A DNA stretch of 64,000 bases from Mobula hypostoma (GCF_963921235.1 NC_086118.1:25112001-25176000); one strand, 5' to 3'; positions 13,396 to 26,069 are shown, numbered from the stretch's first letter. Program-made: numbers and translations. Notes: generated by a model not told the origin, from the sequence alone.

Positions 13396-15995
13396 TCAAC
13401 TCATGTTCTCTTGTTTGAATCTCCCCACACTCAATGGAAAAAACCTAGCCACGTCAACTCTATCTATCCCCCTCATAATTTTAAATACCTCTATCAAGTC
13501 CCCCCTCAACCTTTTACGCTCCAAAGAATAAAGACCCAACTTGTTCAATCTTTCTCTGTAACTTAGGTGCTGAAACCCAGGTAACATTCTAGTAAATCTT
13601 CTCTGTACTCTCTCTATTTTGTTGACATCTTTCCTATAATTTGGTGACCAGAACTGTACACAGTACTCCAAATTTGGCCTTACCAATGCCTTGTACAATT
13701 TTAACATTACATCCTAACTCCTATACTCAATGCTCTGATTTATAAAGGCCAGCATACCGAAAGCTTTCTTCACTACCCTATTCACCTGAGATTCCACCTT
13801 CAGGGATCTATGCACCATTATTCCTAGATCCCTCTGTTCTACTGCATTCTTCAATGCCCTACCATTTACCATGTATGTCCTATTTTGATTAGTCCTACCA
13901 AAATGTAGCACCTCACACTTATCAGCATTAAACTCCATTTGCCATCTTTCAGTCCACTCTTCTAACTGGCCTAAATCTCTCTGCAAGCTTTGAAAGTCTA
14001 CTTCATTATCCACAATGCCACCTGTCTTAGTATCATCTGCATACTTACTAATCCAATTTACCACCCCATCATCCAGATCAATAATGTATATGACAAATAA
14101 CATTGGACCCAGTACAGATCCCTGAGGCACACCACTAGTCACCAGCCTCCAATCTGACAAACAGTTATCTACCACTACTCCCTGGCATCTCCCATCCAGC
14201 CACTGTTGAATCCATTTTACTACTTCAATATTATTACCTAACAATTGAACCTTCCTAACTAACCTTCCGCGTGGAACCTTGTCAAAGGCCTTACTGAAGT
14301 CCATACAGACAACATCCAGTGCTTTACCCTCATCAACTTTCCTAGTAACCTTTTCAAAAAATTCAATAAGATTTGTCAAACATGACTTTCCACGCACAAA
14401 TCTATGTTGACTGTTCCTAATCAGGCCCTATCTATCCAGATAATTATATATACCATCTCTAAGAATACTTTCCATTAATTCACCACTGACGTCAAACTTA
14501 CAGGCTGATAATTGCTAGGTTTACTCTTAGAACCCTTTTTAAACAACGGAACAACATGAGCAATACGCCATCCTCCGGCTCATCCCCATTTCTAATGACA
14601 TTTGAAATATTTCTGTCAGAGCCCCTGCTATTTCCACACTAACTTCCCTCAAGGTCCTTGGGAATATCCTGTCAGGACCCGGAGACTTATCCACTTTTAT
14701 ATTCCTTGAAAGTGCCAATACTTCCTCTTCTTTAATCATCATAGTTTCCATAACTTCCCTACCTGTTTCCCTTACCTTACACAATTCAATATCCTTCTCC
14801 TTGGTGAATACCGAAGAAAAAAAAATTGTTCAAAATCTCCCCCATTTCTTTTGGTTCCACACATAGCTGTCCACTCTGATTCTCTAAGGGACTAATTTTA
14901 TCCCTCACTATCCCTTTGCTATTAATATAACTGTAGAAACCCTTTGGATTTATTTTCACCCTACTTGCCAAAGCAACCTCGTATCTTCTTTTAGCTTTTC
15001 TAATTTCTTTCTTAAGATTCTTTTTACATTCTTTATATTCCTCGAGCACCTCATTTACTCCATGCTGCCTATATTTATTGTAGATATCTCTCTTTTTCCG
15101 AACCAAGTTTCCAATATCCCTTGAAAACCATGGCTCTCTCAAACTTTTAACCTTTCCTTTCAACCTAACAGGAACATAAAGATTCTGTACCCTCAAAATT
15201 TCACCTTTAAATGACCTCCATTTCTCTATTACATCCTACCCATAAAACAATTTGTCTCCTTCTAAATCTTTTCACATCTCCTGAAAGTTAGCCTTTCTCC
15301 AATCAAAAATCTCAACCCTGGGTCCGGACCTATCCTTCTCCATAATTATATTGAAACTAATGGCATTGTGATCACTGGACCCGAAGTGCTCCCCAACACA
15401 TCCCTCCATCACCTGCCCTATCTCATTCCCTAACAGGAGATCCAACACTGCCCCTTTTCTAGTTGGTACCTCTATGTATTGCTGCAAAAAACTGTCCTGC
15501 ACACATTTTACAAACTCCAAACCATCCAGCCATTTTACAGTATAGGCCTCCCAGTCTATGTGTGGAAAATTAAAATCTCCCACAATCACAACCTTGTGCT
15601 TACTACAAATACCTGCTATCTCCTTACAAATTTGCTCCTCCAATTCTCGCTCCCCCATTTGGTGGTCTATAATACACCCCTATAAGTGTTACTACACCTT
15701 TCTCATTCCTCGATTCCACCCAAATAGCTCTCTAGATGAGCCCTCTAATCTATCCTGCCAGAGCACTGCTGTAATATTTTCTCTGACAAGCAATGCAACA
15801 CCTCCCCCTCTTGTCCCTCCGATTCTATCACACCTGAAGCAACAAAATCCAGGAATATTTAGTTGCCAATCACACCCCTCCTGCAACCATGTTTCACTAA
15901 TAGCTACAACATCATACTTCCAGATATCAATCCATGCTCTAAGCTCATCCACCTTTCTTACAATGCTCCTAGCATTAAAATAAATCCATTTAAGA
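13396..15995 (-). pseudogene. CR1 ORF2 (APE endonuclease plus reverse transcriptase), split by frameshifts and stops
   Basis: Consecutive ORF-track pieces 15692-15952, 15272-15658, 14786-15196, 14539-14784, 13714-14397 and 13396-13707. Confidence 0.92.
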
Positions 15996-16113
15996 ATTTT
16001 TCCACCTCTTACTCTCTGTTTATCACTGATGGTGCAAACAACTTTACTTTCTCCTTTTTCTTCCTTCTCCCCTACATCTGTTCCTACACTCTGGTTCCTC
16101 TTCCTCCTTGTAT

Positions 16114-17054
16114 CTAGTTTAAATCCACTGGACCCTCTCTAGCAAACCTACCTGCAAGAATATTTTTCCCCCTCCAGTTCAGATGTAAACCACCCTGCCG
16201 GAATAGGTCCCGCATTCCCTGGAAAACTGCCCAATTATCTATAAATCTGAAGCCCTCCCTCCTGCACCATGTCTTCAGCCACGTGTTGATCTGCGCTACT
16301 TTACTACTTCTAAACCCGTCTGCACATGGCACTGGTAGCAATCCTGAGATTGCTGTCCTGGAGGTCCTGTCTTTTAACTTGGTGCCTATCTCCTGAACTC
16401 ACCTTTCAGGACCTCCTCACTCTTCCTACCCACGTCATTGGTCCCTACATGGACCACGACATCCCGCTGCTCACCCTCCCTCTTGAGAATACTGAGAACT
16501 CGATCCGAGATATCGCGGACCTTGGCACCAGGGAGGCAACAGACCATCCGGGATTCTCGATCTCTTCCACAGAACCTCTTATCTGTCCCCCTAAATATCA
16601 AATCCCCTATCACTACTGCTCTGCTCTTTTCCCTCCTTGCTTTCTGAGCTGAGGGTCCAGTCTCGGTGCCAGAGACACAACCACTGCCATTTGTCCCTGG
16701 TAGGTTGTCCCCATCAACAGTATCCAAAATCATATGCTTATTATTGGTGGGAACGGCCACAGGGGTGCTCTGCTCATTCTGTCTATTCCCCTTCCCTCTC
16801 CTGACAGTCACCCAGCTACCTGTCTCCTGAATCTTAGGAGTGACTATCTCTCTGTAACTCCTGTTTATTTCTGCCTCTGCCTCCGGAATGATCTGAAGTT
16901 CATTCAGTTCCAGCTCCAGTGTCCTAACTCAGTTTGTCAGGAGCTGCAGCTGGATGCATCTTTTATAGGTGTAGTCATCAGGGACAATTGTGCTCGCCCT
17001 GACTTCCCACATACTGCAAACGGAGCACTCAACTGCCCTAACTGCTGCATCCAT
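16114..17054 (-). pseudogene. CR1 ORF1: Cys-rich/leucine-zipper N-terminus plus SGNH esterase
   Basis: ATG at 17054 gives MDAAVRAVECSVCSMWEV...KRCIQLQLLTN*VRTLELELNEL, then AVVIGDLIFRG, CLPGAKV, VVVHVGTND and GLHLN (SGNH blocks). Confidence 0.85.
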
Positions 17055-18283
17055 TACCTACTCTTAAGGTAATTAATTTAATTAAAGGAACTTACACGGC
17101 CTTACCTCACTTGGAACAAAGCTCGTCCTCAGCCTCTGCTCGCCCAAGCCTCTGGAGCCAAAGCCTTCCTACTCTGTCTCCCTCTACTCCGTTGCCCTCC
17201 GCTGCCTCACGGTCCGACTTTCACGCGCTTGTGCTGTCGTGCCCCGTTCAACGACCGAAGAAATGACCGACCCTTCTCAATCTGCTCACTTTTTAACTCT
17301 CCCGCTGCCTCACGGTCCAACTTTCACGCACTTGCGCAGTCGTGCCCCGTTCAACTGCCGAAGAAGTGACCCAAAGAAATGACCGAAGAAATAGTTCCAA
17401 AGAGAATGATAATCACATCATGTTCTCGACTTCCATTTACACTTAATGCATCCAAACTCCTGCTCCACCTCTGGGTTCATAACTAATACCAGCAAAGGAA
17501 CAGTTATTTGCTGAAGAGGGAGAGGGATCTTTTCTGGATATGTGCCCTCAGTCTCATACTGAGGATATATGACACTGAAATAGTGACTTCATTAATTAAA
17601 TTTATTTTTAGTTCTGGTAATATTCTCAAATAATTGTTATAACTTAAATCCAACTGAATAGTTTTTAAGAAACATTTAAAATAATTCAAAAGTCTTTGAC
17701 AATTTATTGTCAAGGTACTTCAGGGCCAGGGCCTCAGGATATGATACCTGCTACCTACTCTCTGCTTGGAACCCTCTTCACATCACAGAAGGACTTCCAA
17801 ATGTGGAGGTTAGTTTGTCTGATACCGCATATCCAGAAATACTTAGCATAGGCTGATGGCTGGGTCCAGGATGATTCTGACCAAAATTATCTCATCTAAA
17901 TTTAACTATGAACATCTTACACACTCCAGAGTAAGGAAGGACCAGTTTCTGTCTGGTGCTTCTGGTCCAAAATCCATGTGTTGCCAATCTATTACACTCT
18001 ACTCTCACATTCTAAAAATCAATTAATTTATTTAGTTAAATAGAAATGTGTCCTGTCTTGCTTGTTTAATACATGTAATTTGTATCAAACATTACCGATA
18101 TCATAATTATGATTCAGATACTTTACTGCTTTGGCTATCTTTTAATGGAGCTCAATTTTGTTCACTTCATTGATTTTCCTGAATTACTGCAAGATTTAAA
18201 TAGTGAAAGCAAAAAAGTGCATTCTTTTTTCTGAACAAGAAAAATGTGAGGTAGAGTTGGTAAGGAAAGTATAAGAGAAAATA

Positions 18284-18340
18284 TGGATAGATACTTTATT
18301 GATCCCAAATGAAATTACAGTGTCACAGTAGCTTTACAAG
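18284..18340 (-). mobile_element. Rex1-like LINE 3' tail
   Basis: gatagatactttattgatccc...aaattacag is the reverse complement of gggatcaataaagtat, as in the 36460 tail. Confidence 0.6.
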
Positions 18341-18568
18341 ACCATAAGACATAGGAGCAGAATTAGGCCATTTAGCCCATTAGGTCTGCTTCGTCTCTCA
18401 ATCATAGCTAATCCTTTTTCTCCTTCTCAGCCCCACTCAGCCTTCTGCACATAACCTTTCTAATCAAGAACCTATCAAATTCTGCCTTAACGGCTGCCTG
18501 TGGTACAAAATTCCACAAGTTCACCGCCCTCTGGCTAAAGAAATTTCTCCGCATCTCTGTTTTAAATG
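18340..18568 (-). mobile_element. CR1 3' end fragment (ACCATAAG-tail subfamily)
   Basis: accataagacataggagcagaatta; translation FKTEMRRNFFSQRAVNLWN. Confidence 0.85.
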
Positions 18569-18952
18569 AGAGGTGACCCAATAGAGGTGCATAAGATGAT
18601 GAGAGGCATTGATCGCATGGATAGTCAAAGGCTTTTTGCAGGGCTGAAATGGATAACATGAGGGGACATAGTTTTAAGGTGCTTGAAAGTAGCTACAAGG
18701 GGGATGTCAGAGGTAAGTTTTTCACACAGAGAATGGTGGGTGCGTGGAATGCGCTGCCAGTGAATGTGGTAGTGGCAGATACAATAGGGTCGTTTAATAG
18801 ACTCTTAGATGGGTACATGGAGCTTAGAAAAATAGAGGGCTATGTGGTAGGAAAATTCTAGGCAGCTTCTAGAATAGGTCACATGGTCAGCACAACATTG
18901 TGGGGTGAAGGGCCTGTAATGTGCTGTAGATTTTCTACGTTGTATATTCTAA
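18569..18952 (+). mobile_element. CR1 3' end fragment (different subfamily)
   Basis: MRGHSFKV...RGKFFTQRMVGAWNALP; tail ttctacgttgtatattcta. Confidence 0.85.
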
Positions 18953-18954
18953 CT

Positions 18955-19140
18955 CATTCTCAATATTGTTTAATTATTTATTGTTATTATTAATTTTTTT
19001 TAGTATTTACACAATTTGTCGTCTTTTGCACATTGATTGTTTGTCAATATTGTGCAGTTTTTAATTGATTCTGTTTTATTTCTTTGTTCTTCTGTGAATG
19101 CCTGCAAGAAAATGAATCTCGGGTAGTATTTTGTGACATT
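18955..19140 (+). mobile_element. Rex1/Babar 3' UTR fragment
   Basis: gtgaatgcctgcaagaaaatgaatctcgggtagtat is the reverse complement of the tails at about 31010 and 46070. Confidence 0.65.
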
Positions 19141-19587
19141 CTCTCCCATCTATCTGCTGCTCCTGGATGGGGTCCCACACTTAACTGAAACCTTTCTTGA
19201 TATGCTGTGAAATGACAAAACTCTTGAAGGGAAGTGCAAGAAAACTACTCAGTAGCATCTCAAGCTTTGGTTCTCCAACACTTTTGAATGTTGTTGCCTT
19301 GGGCCCATAACCATGAGTTATTGGACAGCTGCACAATTACATATTAGCAATCCCTTTGTTATCAATGAACTTCCAGACCATAATATTTTAAATTTTAGAG
19401 TTTGATTTGCAAATGTACTGGAAGCTCTCTTGTTTTTTTTAATAGCCTGTTATTGACATTTGAAGTCGGAGGGCAGAAATTTGCTGGATGGATCACAACC
19501 CTAAAAGAGTATGACACAGCTACCTGCAGCTCTGCATGCTTTGAGAGGTTGGGCAGGACTTGAATTAACCCCTGCCTAAGCAAGGAG

Positions 19588-21155
19588 TTGGACCCGTTGT
19601 ACTTTGCCTCCCGCCACAATTGGTCGACAGTGGATGCAATGTCACTGACTCTCCACTCGGCCTTGGACTACTTTGACAACAGCTGCTCTTTATTGATTAC
19701 GGCTCAGCATTCAACACCATAATCCCCTCAGTACTAATGAATAAGCTTCAAAATCAGGGCTTCTGTACCTCCCTCTACAACTGGATCCTTGTCTTCCTCA
19801 TCAGGAGACCACAGTCAGAGCGGATGAGAAATAACATCTGCTCTTTGCTGACAATCAACAGGGACGCACCGCAAGGATGCATGCTTAGCCTGCTATTCTA
19901 ATCTCTCTGCACCAATGACTACGTGGTTGGGCATCTATAAATTCACAGGCGACACAGCTGTTGTTAGAATCTCAGGTGGTGACAAAGAGGCATACAGGAT
20001 TGAAAAAGGTCAGCTAGCTGAGTGGTGTTGCAACACCCAACCTCGCACTCAACATCAGTAAGACCAAGGAATTGATTGCGGACTTCAGAAAGGGAAGTGA
20101 AGGGAACACACACAGGACCTCCTGGAGGCGATCAGCAGTGGAAAGGGCGAGCAGTTTCAAGTTCCTAGGTGTCAACGTCTCTGAAGCCCAACATATAGAT
20201 ACAATTACTTAGCAGGCGCACCGACAGCTATATTTGATTAGGAACTTGAGGAGATTTGGTATGTCAACAAAGACACTAGCAAATTTTGACAGATGTACCA
20301 TAGAGAGCTTTCTAACTGCTTGCCGACCATCTGCTATGGTGGCGTTAATGCACTGCGTCAAAAAAAAGGCCGCAGAGGGCTGTAAGCTCAACCAGCTCTG
20401 TCATGGGCGCAAGTCTGTCCGCCACCGAGGACATTGTCGAAAAGTGATTTGTCAAAAGGTGGCACCCACCCTTAAGGACCCCACCACCCAGGATGTTGTC
20501 GTGTGAACAGTCACTGGAGAGAAGTACTTATAGATATCAGGTAGTCCCTTTACTGGACAAAATGAGATACAGCAGACATCATACTGAGACCTTTTTGGAA
20601 TGAAAGATCTGCTGGACCCAACACTACACGACATTTTATATGCTAAAGATCAAAGAAAATTTCCTTATTCCTTTGAACTACATACCATCCTCACACCTCC
20701 CTCTTCACACCCACAGGACTGACACCCAAATAATGAATTTAATCAGCATTGCCTGGTCTTCCAATTAACTGCGGTTCATAGTCTTAGGAGCCCATTGTTC
20801 AGAGCTGTGTTTTAGATTTAATCCACGGTCCATATTCGCATCTGAAGACTGAAGTCATTTGCTGACCCCAGAGAATGCTCTTCTAATTACTACCATCAGG
20901 GATGAGGTGCAGGGGCCGAAAGACACACCTTCAGCATTTTAGGAACAGCTTCTTCCTCCCTGTCATCAGATTTCTGAACAGACAACTCATGAACACTATC
21001 TCAATATCTTGCTCTCTTTTTGCATTACTTGTTTTTATATATTATTACAATCTATTGTACATGTTATGTATTACACTGTACTGCTGCTACAAAACAATAC
21101 ATTTCACAACACATACCAGTGAATATAAACTATACAGTATTCTGATTTTGACTCT
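19588..21155 (+). mobile_element. Rex1/Babar LINE RT fragment, decayed, interrupted at about 20493-20873
   Basis: DPL.FA.RHN.ST.DA, FIDY.SAFNTIIP, KTKELI.DFR, FKFLGV and FRNSFF motifs with frameshifts; (attctg)-like tail. Confidence 0.88.
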
Positions 21156-23462
21156 GACACCTGCTGTCCATGCAACTCTGCTAATGTCAGTAGACTTCTG
21201 ACCATAGCTAAATTCTGCCCTCTGGAAATCTTATCTGAGGTGCATGAGCAGAAGACTAACTTTGTGTATGATGATTAAATAAAATCACAGACCTGTTTAC
21301 GAAGGGATGGATTATGATCGCTTGTGTATAACTGAAGAAAGCCTGTTTGAAGGCATATGCTTCATCAGACAGCTTCTTTCAACGTATGCTTGACATTCTG
21401 GTGTAAAATTAAATCAGTCTGCATGCAGCCATCTTTTCACCATTTTTAAGGATGGAGAGTTATCAATTTCCTTTGTCTACCCATCATAAATGACTAATGA
21501 AAATGCTTCAGAGCCTGGTCATTAAGCACAATGAAATTTATGCCTCATATTCAGGGGAGCTGAAGCCCCACTTAACTGCATGTTTGGAACAAGTTTCAAG
21601 ATGATCATTGGTGTTTTGATACAAGATCATATTTGTCCTCAATCCCAATGGACAACTTTTGAAAATACGTTCAGAAGCACATTCCAAAGCTGTAATGTAG
21701 AAACAGCTGTTCAGCAAGTACACCATCGCACATTCATGCAGTGAAACTTTTTGAAAATTGGTTGGGGGGGGGGTTTAAGTGTGGGGAGGGTAGAGAATTT
21801 CCACCACCTATCAGTATCAGCGGGGTTTTAATAGTCCTAGTGATATTTATTTACTTATTTAGATAATCTTTTTTTTTCTTTTAATGACTCTTGTTGGCAA
21901 TAATTTGACCTTGGCCAGGATATTTCTGGATGCAGGGATGGCCGTGGATATAACTGATTGCCAAAGTGTTAGGCCATTACTTACACCCAGCAGGTGTCTT
22001 CAAGAAGAAAAAGACAACATGCATCATTTCCAGGGGTGGACCTTTAAATATTAAAATTCTTCCTTAAAATTCTGATTAAATTGACAGAATCCAATGAAGA
22101 ACGCAAAGCTGAAGACATTTTAGGGATTTTTATGCTGAATTGACTGCACCACCACTGTGACAAATCCTGTGAGTGAAGGGAGGGCAAATATTAATTTTTT
22201 GTGACTAGTGTCCAGAGGGAAAATCTGTTGATGGTAAGCCTGAATGATACATGTTCCCTGTCATGGAGAAATGGTGCAGCTCACAATGTGGAATTAATTT
22301 GTTACAATTACTTGCTGCCTTAGCCAGACATAATTGAGGATGATAACCAGGAGTTAAGGAATGTATTTTAAATAATCGAGAAGATAAAGAAGTCCTTTCA
22401 TATTACTGCTACAGCATATTAAGAAGGGCTGATATATTGCTCTTCAGGCCTGACTCTCTGATTTATCCTGCCAGAGAGGGAGAGGGTGGGGGAGATGTTC
22501 TTATTCTGCAGAGAGCCTCAATGCCTTCCAGACATACGCTGACAAGGAAGCTGAAGCAGATACCCCTTGGGTTAACGCTCACAATCTTATCCTTCATGAT
22601 CTAGTTCCTTCTTCCATCTAAAACAAACTGATGTAAAAGTTAACGAAGAACTTAAGTAAGGTATTTGGAACGATTGTTTTTGAAATCATAAAAATGTGCG
22701 TCATGCATGGTAAAACCTGGAAAATTGAAAGCAGTTATATGGGATATTAACTGGTTTGAAATTGCATAGCACAAGAATCATAACAGAAAAACTAGAATTT
22801 GCCTTGAGGAAATAATTTTTGCATTTATATAAAGCCCTTAATTTAAGAAAATTGCCTTGGTAGGAGTTAAGTATGACATTATTATTAAGCTTATACAGTG
22901 GTAAGTACAATGTAATCAAATTTAGTCAGGGCACTAAGAAAAGTGTAGTAGAGAATTGGTTTTACTCATAGTTGGAAAGATTCTGATGTATAGGCAAATG
23001 AAATGAGAAGAAAAAATGTATTTGGATGGAAGTTAAAATAACAATGAATGGATTTGAAAGAGTGAATTATAACAGATGAGTGAACACCCCAATATATCAA
23101 AAAACACAGCATCATCAGTTGAATCTTCATTAAACAGAGAGATTCCGATTCTGATAGCAACAAGCAGAAAGTTATTATATTAAAGGATGTTTTAAGAAGT
23201 GGATTAAAGTATGTTTGTCAGCTTCATAGTGCCAATTGGGGGATTTCTTGCAAACAGATATAATCAGGGCTTCAGACCAATGATCTCACTGTGGCAGCCA
23301 GGAATCAGCCATTCCCTTGAAAGTAAGCCCCAGCCTTATGCAGATCCCACTGCATTTGTGTCTCTGCTCCATTCCAATATTCCCCTTGGAGTTCAGTAAT
23401 GGAGCCATAGTCTTGTACTTGTTTTCTTGTACTATGTTGGGAATTTGAACTTTTGGCCCCAT

Positions 23463-23897
23463 TGTCACGGTGTGCTCTCAGACCCAGGTGCACAGGGTCG
23501 TCAGGCTTTCAATCGCAAGAAAGTACTGACAGTGACTCGAGACCAGGAGCAGAGGATGACAGGCTCACAGCTTGACCCAGGAGCAGGAGAATGACAGAAT
23601 CCCCAGGGAGAGACAGAAACAAGAGGTTAGACACAGGAATACCAACAGAGCGTCAGGACAAGCAACCAAGCTACACCACAAGACAGTTCATTCTCTCCAA
23701 CACAATGACCCCAAGGACTGAATGAGAGTCCTCTTTAAAATAATCATAGGATGCAGAAAACATGTGTCAACCGCTATTAACTTGACAAGATTAAACTGAA
23801 AACACAAGAGCTTAACAACTCTAGTTAAGATGTTGACAGATGCTCAAAAACCTTAGAAGCTCAACACTCTGTGGCAAGCCTCAGGGCTCATGATGCC
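23463..23897. mobile_element. Probable Gypsy-type solo LTR, degenerate
   Basis: Starts TGTCACGG...gacccaggtgca, has internal ccaggagcag repeats and ends gctcatgatg; no clean TSD. Confidence 0.45.
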
Positions 23898-24677
23898 TGT
23901 ACTGTGCTGGTAGTTTGTTTGTAGCTGTCTTGGTATGTTGTCATTAATACTATATTTTTGTGTACTCTTACTGCTTAAAGAAAGTGTGATACTTTTAAAT
24001 GCTTTTGAATATGAGACTTTGAGAGGAGACAAGCCTCTCCAAGCTTTGTCACCTGTTACAGTGTCTCAGTAACATGTCAAGGAAGTATTAATGCTCATTG
24101 ATGCCCAGTGCAAAGATTCACCTCAATTAGCCCTCTACAACCAGTTGGGGAAGTGAAGGTGGGTATAGACAATATGCAATGAGTCTGAGTGATAGTTCCA
24201 GCAAGATTTAGGTCAGTTATGCACAATATGTCTTTCAATTTAATTATTTAGTTCACTGCAAAGGCAATAATACCACAGTAAAGCTCTGATAATCCATTGT
24301 TCAACGATTCGGAATTCCCAATAGTTCGGCATCTGGTTCCCATGCTGGATAGTGCAGTCCTTTCACAGGCTGGGTTCCCAGTTCCTGTGCTCCCCTTCAG
24401 GCACCAGAGCTTCACCCCCTGATTACCTTTGTATTTGTATCAGCTTTCAAGGTACACATTGGCAATCTATCAATGGATGGAGAATTCCCAAGGTTTACAG
24501 CAATACTGCATAAAGTGATTTCTTCTAATCTCACGTTTCGTTTCATGACTGGCACTATTGATGATGCAGCATGAGGATATAAAAAACAGGAACAGGAGTA
24601 ACCATGTGACCCTATAGGGTTATGCTGCTTCTCCTTAAGATCATAGCTGATCTTCTGCCTTGGTCCTATTTGCCACC

Positions 24678-25040
24678 ACTAGAAATCAATCAATCGCCAT
24701 CACCATATCCTGTGACTTCCTTTAATGACTAGAAATCAATCAATCACCATCATCATATCCCATGATTTCCTTTAATGACTAGAAATCAATCAATCAGCAT
24801 CATCATATCCCGTGATTTCCTTTAATGACTAGAAATCAATCAATCGCCATTATCATATCCCGTGATTTCCTTTAATGACTAGAAATCAATCACCATCATC
24901 ATATCCCGTGATTTCCCTTAATGACTAGAAATCAATCAATCGCCATCATCATATCCCGTGATTTCCTTTAATGACTAGAAATCAATCAATCGCCATCATC
25001 ATATCCCGTCATTTCCTTTAATGACTAGAAATCAATCAAT
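24678..25040. repeat. 50-bp minisatellite, 7 units plus a partial unit
   Basis: agaaatcaat recurs at 24681, 24731, 24781, 24831, 24881, 24927, 24977 and 25027; unit ctagaaatcaatcaatcgccatcatcatatcccgtgatttcctttaatga. Confidence 0.97.
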
Positions 25041-26069
25041 CCCATTCAGCCTTCTGAATTAAAAAAAAACCCTGAGATTTATTACCTTCTGAGTGACAAA
25101 GTTTCATCTTAGTTGAATCCTAAGCAGCCTGCTTCTTATTCTGCAACAGTGCCCCATGGCCCTAGATTTCTCAGCCAGAGGAATCATCATGTATTTGGAT
25201 ATGATGTTTCTCATTCTTCTGAACACTGGAAAATACAGACTCCGTCCAATCAATCCATCTTGATACAGCACACCCTCAATCTAAAACCAACAGTTCTTCT
25301 GAACTGATCCATCAGATAGGAACTTGAGCTCTCAGTGTCATGCCTCGGAGGCAGGGCTAATCATGAATAAACTGCAAACGGCGAAGACGTAATTTATTTA
25401 AAGTATAATTTCAGATTTTGAAGGCATAAATGCTTAATAAATGCCCTTTAAAGTAATTGTGGAAGTAATTGAAATGTTCTTCCAGACTAGTAGGTGTAGG
25501 ATGGAGGCATCCATGAGTAATAGTTAATGTGCTGAATAATGACTTTCAGAAAACTTTGCTTACTTTGCCATTGGGACCATAGAACTATCTGTTCAATCAA
25601 AGTTTAGAATTACAGCATAAGATTTTATTTTTAGTCTGATACTCTGCTATTTTATCTCAGGGGAATGTTCCATTGACTTTTACATTCTTTGGATGTTTTC
25701 TGTGTTTTTTTTTCCTTTGGGAGATTAAGTAAATTGGGTAAAGGCAGTGAGAATGGGAACTTTTTCTTTTCTCAGGATGTGCACGTCACTGGTAAGGCTG
25801 CCATTTAATACCAGGCGCTGATTTTCTTTGAAAAGAACTTTACTAAGCTATTTGGGGGTCAATGAAGAGTTAATCACATTGGTAGGTAACAGGAAGCAAA
25901 TTCAGGCCATATCAGTAAGAAATGCTTCTCTCATGAAGCTAAATGTGATGAAGGACAAATTCTTAATTTCTAGATCACGTTTACTGCTCTCAGCATTTTA
26001 ATTGCATGTTTGTTAAGCTGCAATTCAGCTTCCCGGACTACCTGACAATATGGTTTATGTTATGAGGCC

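Larger units (their letters stand above)
13119..17392 (-). mobile_element. Near-full-length CR1 LINE (5' UTR, ORF1, ORF2, 3' UTR), inactivated
   Basis: ORF2 fragments ISETWL, IVGDFNFP, DHNAISF, KSPGPD, MDFSKAFDKVP, PQGSVLGP and KYADD; 8-mer tail at 13119; CpG-rich 5' UTR. Confidence 0.96.

Noticed and set aside
24275..24335. cagtaaagctctgataatcc as a Tc1/pogo terminal inverted repeat
   Set aside because: No matching opposite TIR or TA duplication could be found.
24678..25040. Regular repeat array as a CRISPR locus
   Set aside because: Units are contiguous with no unique spacers, there are no cas genes, and the context is a eukaryotic intron.
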